Counted from the first letter of the stretch, positions 1-7,733 are shown. The stretch: 7,997 nt of DNA from Podarcis bocagei (GCA_964188305.1; one part of the record OZ076896.1); one strand, 5' to 3'. Made by a program: numbers and translations. The notes: generated from the sequence alone by a model not told the origin.

Positions 1-611
1 GAAGAAATGGAGGCAGTGAGAGATTTTACTTTCTTGGGCTCCATGATCACTGCAGATGGTGACCGCAGTCACGAAATAAAAAACACCTGCTTCTTGGGAG
101 AAAAGCAATGACAAACCTAGACAGCATCTTAAAAAGCAGAGACATCACCTTGCCAACAAAGATCCATATAGTTAAAGCTATGGTTTTCCCAGTAGTGATG
201 TATGGAAGTGAGAGCTGGACCATAATGAAGGCTGATCGCCAAAGAATTGATGCTTTTGAATTATGGTGCTGGAGGAGACTCTTGAGAGTCCCATGGACTG
301 TAAGAAGATCAAACCTATCCATTCTTAAGGAAATCAGCCCTGAGTGCTCACTGGAAGGACAGATCCTGAAGCTGAGGCTCCAATACTTTGGCCACCTCAT
401 GAGAAGAGAACACTGCCTGGAAAAGACCCTGATGTTGGGAAAGACTGAGGGCACAAGGAGAAGGGGACAACAGAGGACGAGATGGTTGGACAGTGTTCTC
501 AAAGCTGCTGGCATGAGTTTGACCAAACTGCGGGAGGCAGTGGAGAACAGGAGTGCCTGGTGTGCTCTGGTCCATGGGGTCACGAAGAGTCGGACACGAC
601 TAAACGACTAA
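1..611 (+). pseudogene. C-terminal remnant of the BovB reverse transcriptase ORF, with a 1-bp frameshift near 82-83
   Basis: Frame 1 (1-81) reads EEMEAVRDFTFLGSMITADGDRSHEIK. The BovB-like peptide continues in the -1 frame (HLLLGRKAMTNL..., the 108-611 ORF), consistent with AGA->AA loss of one base. The stop codon TAA is at 609-611. Confidence 0.88.
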
Positions 612-642
612 AGAACAACAACAACAACAACAACAACAACAA
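1..642 (+). mobile_element. RTE-BovB LINE, 3' end (runs off the left edge of the window), ending in a (CAA)n tail
   Basis: The translation EEMEAVRDFTFLGSMITADGD..HEIK / LLLGRKAMTNLDSILKSRDITLPTK..IVKAMVFPVVMYGSESWTI.KA...RIDAFELWCWRRLLRVPWT..RSNLSILKEISPECSLEGQILKLRLQYFGHLMRRE..LEKTLMLGK.EG.RRRG.QR.RWLD....AW.ALVHGVTKSRTRLND is the characteristic BovB C-terminus. It is followed by an almost absent 3' UTR and an (AAC)n tail at 614-642. Confidence 0.96.
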
Positions 643-654
643 TCTATCTATCTA
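614..654 (+). repeat. (AAC)n microsatellite (BovB tail) followed by (TCTA)3
   Basis: Seen directly: aacaac...aacaa at 614-642, then tctatctatcta at 643-654. Confidence 0.95.
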
Positions 655-1919
655 AATAGGCACATGGACAATCAAGATTCTTTTTATCTTGGAGGAAACC
701 CTGTGCATGTGTATATGTCCGTCTCATCAGATTGATGGCAAGCTTGCAATGGTGTGGAGTCAGGGGATGGGACATAGCAGGAAGTGTGTGAAGATTTTGC
801 ACATTCTCATGACATAGAGTTTATCTTTGAACTTCATCCTTCGTACATTCAAATCAGACAAATCGGAAATAGTCATATGCAGATAAAGCAAAATAAAAAA
901 ACCCTACTTATTAATGATTGAAATGATCCTCACAGTATGTTTTTTTCCTACTATTTGAATTTCTCTCAGCAGTGGTAAAAAATACAGTAACAAAGATTTC
1001 AGAAGAAAGTTCTCATTTACAAAGAACTGTACAAGTACTGCCTGCATCTTCTCTTTCTCTCTCTAATAGGATTTATGAAGCAAAAGCAAAGATGCAGTGC
1101 TTTGAAATGTTAGGGACGTATATTTTTGCGCCTTCTCTGCACCTCTTGTCAGTGTGAAATAATGTGAATAGAATTTCATGAAGGAGACAATAGTTGGCAT
1201 AGATATCCTGAAAAATAATTTACAACTCAGTATGAGCCTCCAGACTTGGACACTGCAGTAGGCACTTGAATTTTAAGAATTGTCACCAAGACTACTGACA
1301 GTTGAGAAAAGGATAATTTCTAAGTAGGCAGACGAGAATGGTGAAGACAGAAAAGCAGTCTCTGGAGAAGATGGTGGATACTCCATTTTGTGCAAGATCC
1401 GCCAGACAAATTGTTACAAAGGTTCACCTCTTTCCCCTGAAAACTTGGACTTCAACAGTGAAAGTCTTGGTTACTTGGGAAACAAAAGTCTTGGGAAACT
1501 AAACAAATAGGTGTGACATCCTATGAAAAGATGTCCTATTCAAGCTTTGTACGGATGTGTTTACATGACTGATGACAGTAGTTATGTGGTGTTTTTTAAA
1601 GCCTTAATTGCTGTTACAACTGACAGCTTAAGCATCCGATGCCAAATGATAAAAATCATATTGTAGGGCTCTCCATACATTTCTTTCTTTTTTTCTTTTT
1701 GCTATCCTAATTCATATGACTGGATGCTTTATATGCACATTTTGTACATTATGTCTGTATGTATGGTGGGGAGATGATAGGTGAAGTTCTAGCAGTGCCT
1801 TAACACTGAAGTCACTCTCTTATACACACAATCAATGCAGGCAATATGCCACACTCTTAAATTATAATGTAGCAAGTGTCAGGAAATTGCAGTGCAACCA
1901 ATTAACCTATTGTATTTAG

Positions 1920-2181
1920 CTCAAGCTCGAGGGCCAAATGCTGCCTTCTATGTGTCTTCATCTGACCCACAAGACTCTGTCCAAACCATGATCCCTCAGG
2001 CCACACTCCTCATTGGCTGTGCTTTGTGTGCTCCTCTGACGATTTTACCTGGCTGTAATGTGTCATTGAGTGAACTGTGCTCATCCTTCTTGCTTGCCTA
2101 GATGGAGGGTGAAATGCAGTCTCTGGAAGGTTGTCTATGAGGGAATGTGGCCCCATGGACTAAAAATGTTCCTCATCTCAG
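1920..2181. mobile_element. Old, degraded non-autonomous hAT (Charlie-like) MITE remnant
   Basis: The right end GGAATGTGGCCCCATGGACTAAAAATGTTCCTCATCTCAG resembles the hAT MITE end pattern '..GTGGCCC....AAAAAGGTTCCCCACCCCTG'. The left part contains the typical subterminal GAGGGCCAAATGC.GCC motif. The left terminus and TSD are not resolvable, so the boundaries are approximate. Confidence 0.45.
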
Positions 2182-2570
2182 CTAACTAATTGTCTGGCAA
2201 AAGACATCAATGGCATTTATATGGAGAAAAAGAAAGGTGAGGATTGAAAGTATTACAATGCAGAATGAAAAAAGAAGGTTCAGTGGCACCTAACATGAAA
2301 CTACAATATAACACTACTTTAGTCATGGCTTGTCTTACTGAAAATAAACGCAATGTGCTAGACTGTTTGAGTAAGGGCTTGTTGGGTTTATTGCTTTGGG
2401 TCCAGGAGACAGAGTGCCCCATCTTGGGACCTTTATTTCTAATGCTTAAATAATTTGGACTAGGTATACTTTTTTAAATTTAAAAATCTGTCTTTGTTGG
2501 AGAGATTAGTGAATTATAGAGGCAGGCAAAAATCGTATTCTGCCATTAGCTGGTGGGGTAGGTTCCAAAG

Positions 2571-2768
2571 CAGGGGTTAGCAAACTTTTTCAGCAGGGGG
2601 CCAGTCCACTGTCCCTCAGACCTTGTGGGGGGGGGCGGACTATATTTTTTTGGGGGGGAATGAATGAATTCCTATGCCCCACAAACAACGCAGAGATGCA
2701 TTTTAAATAAAAGCACGCATTCTACTCATGTAAAAACACCAGGCAGGCCCCACAAATAACCCAGAGAT
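2571..2768 (+). mobile_element. hAT (Charlie-like) MITE, left part only (3'-truncated)
   Basis: Starts with the hAT-type terminus CAGGGGTTAGCAAACT. The first ~85 bp are highly similar to 6181-6265. It is preceded by TTCCAAAG, which resembles the NTCTAGAN hAT target. No right TIR is found. Confidence 0.8.
2676..2768 (+). repeat. Internal direct repeat of the MITE, period 71 bp
   Basis: GCCCCACAAACAACGCAGAGAT (2676-2697) versus GCCCCACAAATAACCCAGAGAT (2747-2768), 20/22 identical. Confidence 0.85.
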
Positions 2769-2794
2769 TTTACCTTACCCTTTACCTTACCCTT
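2769..2794 (+). repeat. (TTTACCTTACCC)2 short tandem duplication at the MITE truncation point
   Basis: Seen directly at 2769-2780 and 2781-2792, plus TT. Confidence 0.85.
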
Positions 2795-3160
2795 GAGTAC
2801 CTTCAGGAAAAAAAGCACTGGTGTTGGGGAACTTCAGCCTGTTGCAACTCTGTCATTTTATGTAGAGTATAGTGGTTGCCAGTTGGATACTTGGCTGAAT
2901 CTAGACTCATCAAAAACAACATTTCAGAAAAATGCATTGTACACCTCAAAAGGGGAAACCACGTTGCCAAAAGATTGAAAGCCACAGCTTCATCTGGTGT
3001 CACAGTGTTATAACACATTTAAAAGGTGTTTTTTTGTGATTTCTTGTGATAGTACACACTGCTACACAATAACACCTCCTCTTTTTCCTACTGCCAATAA
3101 TAGCCATTTGGTGCTGTTACTCACTGTAGTTTTATCAAGTTAGGAGTACTAGCTTCTCAT

Positions 3161-3218
3161 TTAAAAATAAATAAATCACTGGTAAATTTATTTATTAAAA
3201 ATAAATAAATCGCTTGTA
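3161..3218. repeat. 24-bp direct repeat separated by a 10-bp inverted copy of part of itself
   Basis: TTAAAAATAAATAAATCACTGGTA (3161-3184) versus TTAAAAATAAATAAATCGCTTGTA (3195-3218), 22/24 identical. The spacer AATTTATTTA contains the reverse complement of TAAATAAAT. Confidence 0.75.
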
Positions 3219-3889
3219 GCATGGAACAGACTCCATAAGTCTATTCAGCTGAATGGACAAATAACATTTGGTTTTAGATCCATCCTTCTGCCACGGATAA
3301 CCATCCAACTCTAAGGTTGTGTTGCAGCTTGAACTTACCGCAACATAGGATACCATGCCATATCCATATTGCCTAAATAAGGTGTCATCCTCAACTGCTG
3401 CAATTTCCAGTATTATGGAAAGCCCTTAACTCAACATTTTAAATGGAAGGGTTTTTTTGTTCATGGAATTTAATAATATACGAAGCATTATGCTTTGTGT
3501 AGATGTGCAAAGGGGAATAGTTTAAAAACTATGCAAATTTGCTCCGATGTCAAAACTATTGTCAGAACTGAAAGAAGAAGACAATTCATGTGCTTTATCA
3601 AAATTGTTACAGTTTTATTATTTTCACTTATGAAAGGACCATAAAAGTGGGTATGATGAGAAGAAATGTCTTATGCTTGCGATTTGAGTTATAAATTATG
3701 TTAAGATATACAAAGGATATTTGTGTATAACGATCATTCCTTTGTAATTTAAATTTGTTCGTGATAAATAATTTTGAATGCAAAATAAATCTGAGTAATC
3801 ATCCTGAGAGGGACTAAAGAAACTGTAACATAAAAGCAATACAGGTTCCTGCCTCGGTATAAGTATTTCACTCCAGGTTGTTTGGTTAT

Positions 3890-4134
3890 TGTGGTGTAGT
3901 GGTTAAGAGCAGTGGACTTGTAATCTGGTGAACCGGGTTCGCTTCCCCGCTCCTCCACGTGCAGCTGCTGGGTGACCTTGGGCCAGTCACACTTCTCTGA
4001 AGTCTCTCAGCCCCACTTACCTCACAGAGTGTTTGTTGTGAGGGAGGAAGGGAAAGGAGAATGTTAGCTGCTTTGAGACTCCTTCGGGTAGTGATAAAGA
4101 GGGATATCAAATTCAAACTCTTCTTCTTCTTCTT
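3890..4134 (+). mobile_element. tRNA-derived SINE, Squam3 (Ther1/MIR-derived squamate SINE) type, with a (CTT)n tail
   Basis: Pol III box A TGGTGTAGTGG (3892-3902) and box B-like GGTTCGCTTCC (3936-3946). It carries the MIR/CORE-like GCTGGGTGACCTTGGGCCAGTCAC...TCTCTCAGCCCCAC.TACCTCACAG.GTG.TTGTTGTG and ends in a (CTT)n tail at 4118-4134. No TSD is seen, and the first few 5' bases appear to be missing. Confidence 0.88.
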
Positions 4135-4292
4135 TCTCCTGTCAAGTGGCAAAGGCAATGTTAGCACACATGAGATGATGAAGTATGCTAGAATCAGTGG
4201 CAGACTCTTCAGTACAATGACTGCATGAACATATAAAGTGAACATTATTACGTTATGGTTCTTTTGAACAACTTTTATAAAGAGTTCTACAG

Positions 4293-4398
4293 GTGATGCA
4301 TCTGATGAAGCTCCAGTAAGAAAGTTAATGTGTTGGTAAATCAGTTCACTCTTGATGATACACTAAATACTCATTGCTCTTGATTGCAGCATCACTGA
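4293..4398 (+). mobile_element. Possible highly degraded Penelope-like element terminal remnant
   Basis: GCATCTGATGAAG....AGAAAGTTAATG....TAAATCAGTT.ACTCTT..TGATAC.C loosely matches the recalled vertebrate Penelope end motif (GCATCTGAAGAAG...CGAAAGCTCATG...AATAAATCTGTTAGTCTTTAAGGTGCCAC). The match is weak and from memory only. Confidence 0.3.
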
Positions 4399-4557
4399 TA
4401 GATTGCAGGTGGGCCTTGGATTAATCACAGATTAATGATAATATAGCCACCCAGTTCCAATTATTTTTTTCCAATCCCCCCCCCCCCAAATCATGGAAGG
4501 TTCTTTGATCCAGTGGAGGATTCTGCCAAAGGAAGGGAGAGGAAAGTCTTTCTTTCT

Positions 4558-5163
4558 GGCTTTCTGGGAAATGATCTATAATGAAATGAAAAAGGTACTT
4601 AAATGTACTTTTCCTAAAAAACCAGAGGCCTTTCTCTTGGGCATTGTCGGCCAATTGGTGTCAAAGAGGGATAGAACTTTTTTTATGTACGCTACAACAG
4701 CAGCAAGAATACTCATCGCAAAGTATTGGAAGACACAAGATCTACCCACTCTGGAAGAATGGCAGATGAAAGTGATGGACTATATGACATTGGCCGAGAT
4801 GACAGGCAGAATCCGTGACCAAGGAAAAGAGACGGCGGAAGAAGAATGGAGAAAATTCAAAAGTTATCTTAAGGACTATTATAAACTTAATGAATGTTAG
4901 AGTGTTGTGGTTTTCAGGAACAAAGGGATACAGTGATATAAGGTCAGAATACAGAGATGACTAAGATGACAGAGGTTGGAAAGTAACAATTGGGAGTTGC
5001 TATAAAATTATGGACATTGGGATGCAGAAAGGGGGGGTATGGGGAAGTCCCAGAAAAGAGGTTTATGAAAATATGTTATGAAATTATACGTGTATGTTTG
5101 TCTTTTTAAGTGTTTGTTTGTTCTCTAAAATTTTGTAAAACCAATAAAAATTTTATAAAAAAA
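4558..5163 (+). mobile_element. 5'-truncated L1-clade LINE (ORF2 C-terminus, 3' UTR and poly(A)), flanked by an 18-bp TSD
   Basis: AGGAAAGTCTTTCTTTCT occurs at both 4540-4557 and 5164-5181. There is an L1-type ORF2 C-terminal peptide, a G-rich tract at ~5030-5044, AATAAA at 5143-5148 and an A-rich tail to 5163. Confidence 0.92.
4559..4900 (+). pseudogene. L1 ORF2 C-terminal fragment (113 codons, open to its natural stop)
   Basis: AFWEMIYNEMKKVLK.TFPKKPEAFLLGI.....RTFFMYATTAARILIAKYWKTQDLPTLEEW..KVMDYM.LAEMT..IR......EEW..F..YL matches the pattern found after the CCHC knuckle in non-mammalian vertebrate L1 ORF2 (FW....LLG....A+..IA..WK...PT..EW). The first 22 aa of the 4493 ORF come from the flank and TSD. 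Confidence 0.87.
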
Positions 5164-5170
5164 AGGAAAG

Positions 5171-5226
<56 letters not shown>

Positions 5227-5238
5227 TCGTTCTTTCTT
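5171..5238 (+). repeat. (TTTC)n tetranucleotide microsatellite
   Basis: Perfect from 5171 to 5228, with one interruption after that. Confidence 0.97.
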
Positions 5239-5619
5239 AATTCTCACTTTTTGCTGTGGCCATCCAACCCCACCTCCTAGGCTCTTCTGGATGGTTCCTC
5301 AGCCCTTTGAGTATTTGGTGGAGGGAGTGCACACTGAATTAAACCAAAATTCTCCCCCTTCTGGTTATGAAAACATCTGCTGAATCAAGGAGCTGTTTGT
5401 GAATGGACAGCACTGGATACAACCGAGAACTTCATTGCTGAGTGGCAATGAAAACAGAATGAAGAAAGTTCACACATTCAGCCAAGAGTCCTTAGGCAAA
5501 AAAGTGATGGACATCCATGTTTAAATCAGTCATTTGTCTTTAAAGTGCGTGTGATCCAGGAATCCACTGATCAGAGAGGCCAATTTTGAGTTTGTCTCAA
5601 TAATATACCCAAGTCACAT

Positions 5620-5793
5620 CAGAAGCAGTTTTAGGGTGGAACGTCCAGGGTGGCAGCACTGGGTGCTGTGCTGCAGTGGGCACCACAACAAAGGGTGCTG
5701 TAGAATGGAATGCAAGAGGCGGGGCAGGGGGGGACCAAATTTTAGCATTGCACAGGGCGCTGCTGAAATTTGAGAGCCCAAAGTCTGCCAGAG
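5620..5793 (+). mobile_element. Old ~174-bp MITE (hAT, possibly Tip100-like), copy 1
   Basis: Degenerate ends CAGAAGCAGTTTTAGG ... AAGTCTGCCAGAG (inferred consensus CAGTGGCAGA). It aligns end to end with 6897-7069, most strongly over GGAA.GCAAGAGG...ACCA.ATTTT.GCAT.GCACAGGGCGCT.CTGAAATTTGAGAG. The TSD is not recognisable. Confidence 0.65.
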
Positions 5794-6021
5794 ATTCCAT
5801 TGGTATATATGGAGCCAAAGGCTACAATTAAGGATGTTTGTTTAAATGAGATTTGAATTTGGACATGTTTATTTTTTCCAGATTGTACACTTTGCCTTCT
5901 TGCTGTGACAGACTAATGTACTTTTGGAATTATATTGCTTAATATCAGTGTTGAGCGCCATCTATGTACCTCGAAATGTTTCCTTTACAGTGAAAGTTCA
6001 AGGTTGCTTTTGTTTTGCTGC

Positions 6022-6892
6022 TTTCAGGGACTGGACTAAGGAGGAATGGTGGAAGCCCCCCCCCCTTTTCCTGAACCTTCCCAAGGACAGGAGGACAGTA
6101 TTGATTTAGAACAGTGGCTTGCAGAAGGGCATAGTCCAGAGGGGGGAAGCTGGGAAATACTGGGTGAGGAGCAGCTAGAACAGGGATCCTCAAACTTTTT
6201 CAGCAGGGAGCTGGTCCACTGTCCCTCAGACCTTGTGGGTGGGCCGGACTATATTTGGGGGGGGGGGGAGAACAGTGGTGGAGGGATGATGAGCAGCGCA
6301 CGAAAGGACTCTGGAGAGGGGCTGGCAGCAACAAAGCCCACCCCCCTTCCTCCTCTAGGCAGGGCGGGGAGAAGCCAGGAGGAGGGAGGGAGGAGGTGCC
6401 GCTGTGTGAGGGAGAGGGAGAGAGAGGGAAAGAACGTGTGCGCTGGCGATCCATGCACTGGTGATCCACGTGGTGATTCCCAGACCGTCCACAGGCCGGA
6501 TTTAGAAGGCAATTGGGCCTGATCCGGCCCATGGGCCTTAATTTGCCAAGCCATGTGCTAGAAGAACATACACTAGAAGAGAGACAACTGGATGATTTGG
6601 TGTCCTTGGACAGCATTCCTGATGCCCCCTCTTCCCTTAAGACTAGACGGACTTGGAGAGTGATGGAATAGAAAGCGCAACGGCAACAAGCTCAGATTAC
6701 CCAACATAGGAGTGATGCAGGGGGACAGAAGGGGTGAGCCTTTACTGGGAGCAGCACCATTTTTTAGCATGATATGCCTTCCTTGTCTCTCGCTCTGATT
6801 TTTAAAGAACCTATCTGGTAAGAATGCTCCCTTCATGGATTCTGCTTAATTACTGCCGCCAGGGGAGGGATCCAATTCCCTGAAGCCTGACA
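6022..6892 (+). mobile_element. Solo LTR of an LTR retrotransposon (probably Gypsy), ~488 bp after removing the nested MITE
   Basis: Perfect 5-bp TSD GCTGC at 6017-6021 and 6893-6897. The termini TTTCAGG (TGTCAGG with one change) and CCTGACA form the canonical TG...CA short inverted repeat. No internal gag/pol region is present. The strand is inferred from the coding-like frame. Confidence 0.8.
6181..6555 (+). mobile_element. Complete 375-bp hAT (Charlie-like) MITE nested inside the solo LTR
   Basis: 8-bp TSD AGCTAGAA (6173-6180) / TGCTAGAA (6556-6563), 7/8 identical and matching the NNCTAGAN hAT target. Imperfect TIRs: CAGGGATCCTCAAACT versus the reverse complement CATGGCTTGGCAAATT. Subterminal GGCCGGAT/ATCCGGCCC motifs are present. 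The 5' ~85 bp are shared with the copy at 2571. Confidence 0.88.
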
Positions 6893-6896
6893 GCTG

Positions 6897-7069
6897 CAGA
6901 GGTGGATGTAGGGGAGTGTGACCAGTTCGGTTGCGCCAGGCACAAAGCTTCTAGGGCACCGCAGCAGATGCCACAACTATGAAGTCCAGTGGAAGGCAAG
7001 AGGTGGAAGGAGGGTACCAGATTTTGGCATCGCACAGGGCGCTACTGAAATTTGAGAGGTCTCCCACTG
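6897..7069 (+). mobile_element. Old ~173-bp MITE (hAT, possibly Tip100-like), copy 2
   Basis: Ends CAGAGGTGGATGTAGG ... AGGTCTCCCACTG. Same length and orientation as 5620-5793, and alignable to it. Confidence 0.65.
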
Positions 7070-7159
7070 ATGGCTGGCATTCATATTCACAGTCCTGTAT
7101 TTAAATTGGAAGAGTGAAATAACTTGCCAGATTTCTATTGTAGTAGGAAACTAATACGA

Positions 7160-7290
7160 TAGGGCTGCCATACTGTATGTCCAGAACTTTCTGGACATAT
7201 CCAAGGTTCGTCCTTTGGAAATTCTGGGTGGAGTTTTTGAAAATTGCTTTAAAAAATGTCCGGGATAACCCTAGGCGTATGGCGAGCCAA
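7160..7290. mobile_element. Short ~130-bp MITE, hAT-Blackjack-like
   Basis: Left end TAGGGCTGCCATAC versus right-end reverse complement TTGGCTCGCCATAC (10/14). Subterminal TGTCCAG..CTGGACA and TGTCCGGG motifs are present. No TSD is recognisable. Confidence 0.55.
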
Positions 7291-7334
7291 GCTCAACAAC
7301 TTTGCCCTCCCCTCAAGAAAAGCTCAACAACTTT
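7289..7334 (+). repeat. 15-bp perfect direct repeat, period 31 bp
   Basis: AAGCTCAACAACTTT at 7289-7303 and 7320-7334. Confidence 0.85.
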
Positions 7335-7382
7335 AAGGGGGATGCTGCTGACAGGATTTATCATGAGTTACTTTGAGGAGAA

Positions 7383-7733
7383 GGGATGCAGGTGGAGCTG
7401 TGGGTTAAACCACAAAGCCTAGGACTTGCCGATCAGAAGGTTGTCGGTTCACATCCCCGTGATGGTGTGAGCTCCCGTTGCTCGGTCCCTGCTCCTGCCA
7501 ACCTAGCAGTTCGAAAGCACGTTAAAGTGCAAGTAGATAAATAGGGACCGCTCCAGCGGGAAGGTAAACGGCGTTTCCGTGTGCTGCTCTGGTTCACCAG
7601 AAGCGGCCTAGTCATGCTGGCCACATGACCCGGAAGCTGTCTGCGAACAAACCCTGGCTCTCTTGGCCTATAGAGCGAGATGAGCGCGCAACCCCAGAGT
7701 CGGTCACGACTGGACCCTTTACCTTTACCTTTA
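7383..7733 (+). mobile_element. Sauria SINE (Squam1), near full length, with an (ACCTTT)n tail and TSD
   Basis: tRNA-like head with a degenerate box B (GGTTCACATCC). It contains the diagnostic GCCAACCTAGCAGTTCGAAAGCAC...AAGTGCAAGTAGATAAATAGG and GCTGGCCACATGACC motifs, the BovB-like AGAGTCGGTCACGACT at 7696-7711 and a TTTACC tail. TSD TTACTTTGAGGAGA is at 7368-7381 and 7731-7744, with its first 3 bases overlapping the tail. Confidence 0.95.

Noticed and set aside
47-583. 178-aa and 75-aa minus-strand ORFs
   Set aside because: Antisense shadows of the BovB ORF, with no independent evidence of coding function.
950-1157. Splice-acceptor-like pyrimidine tracts (…TTTCTCTCAG ~969, …CTCTCTCTAATAG ~1069) and a 61-aa ORF
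   Set aside because: No convincing donor site and no recognisable peptide. RNA-seq or homology would be needed.
1328-1510. About 60 open codons (ADENGEDRKAVSGEDGGYSILCK...) overlapping a 54-aa ORF in another frame
   Set aside because: Weak acceptor, no recognisable domain, and a length within chance expectation.
3890-3960. tRNA-like sequence with boxes A and B
   Set aside because: It is the SINE head. It has no acceptor stem and continues into the SINE body and tail.
3749-4245. 69-aa and 119-aa minus-strand ORFs
   Set aside because: They are read through the antisense SINE and its (CTT)n tail, so they are spurious.
4493-4558. ATG-initiated N-terminus fused in frame to L1 ORF2 (possible chimeric gene)
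   Set aside because: These are 22 codons of flank and TSD in frame by chance, with no promoter or expression evidence.
5871-6016. Acceptor-like TTTTTTCCAG followed by a hydrophobic peptide (LELYCLISVLSAIYVP...)
   Set aside because: All three frames hit stops shortly after the acceptor, and the listed ORF has a TTG start and runs into the LTR.
6181-6616. Multiple overlapping ORFs (MITE portion of the 158-aa ORF, plus the 138-, 101- and 69-aa ORFs)
   Set aside because: They are caused by the GC-rich, stop-poor MITE interior and show no transposase motifs.
6023-6884. Alternative reading as a DNA transposon with TTCAGGGA...TCCCTGAA inverted ends
   Set aside because: No TSD at those limits. The TG..CA-type ends with the perfect GCTGC duplication at 6022/6892 fit better.
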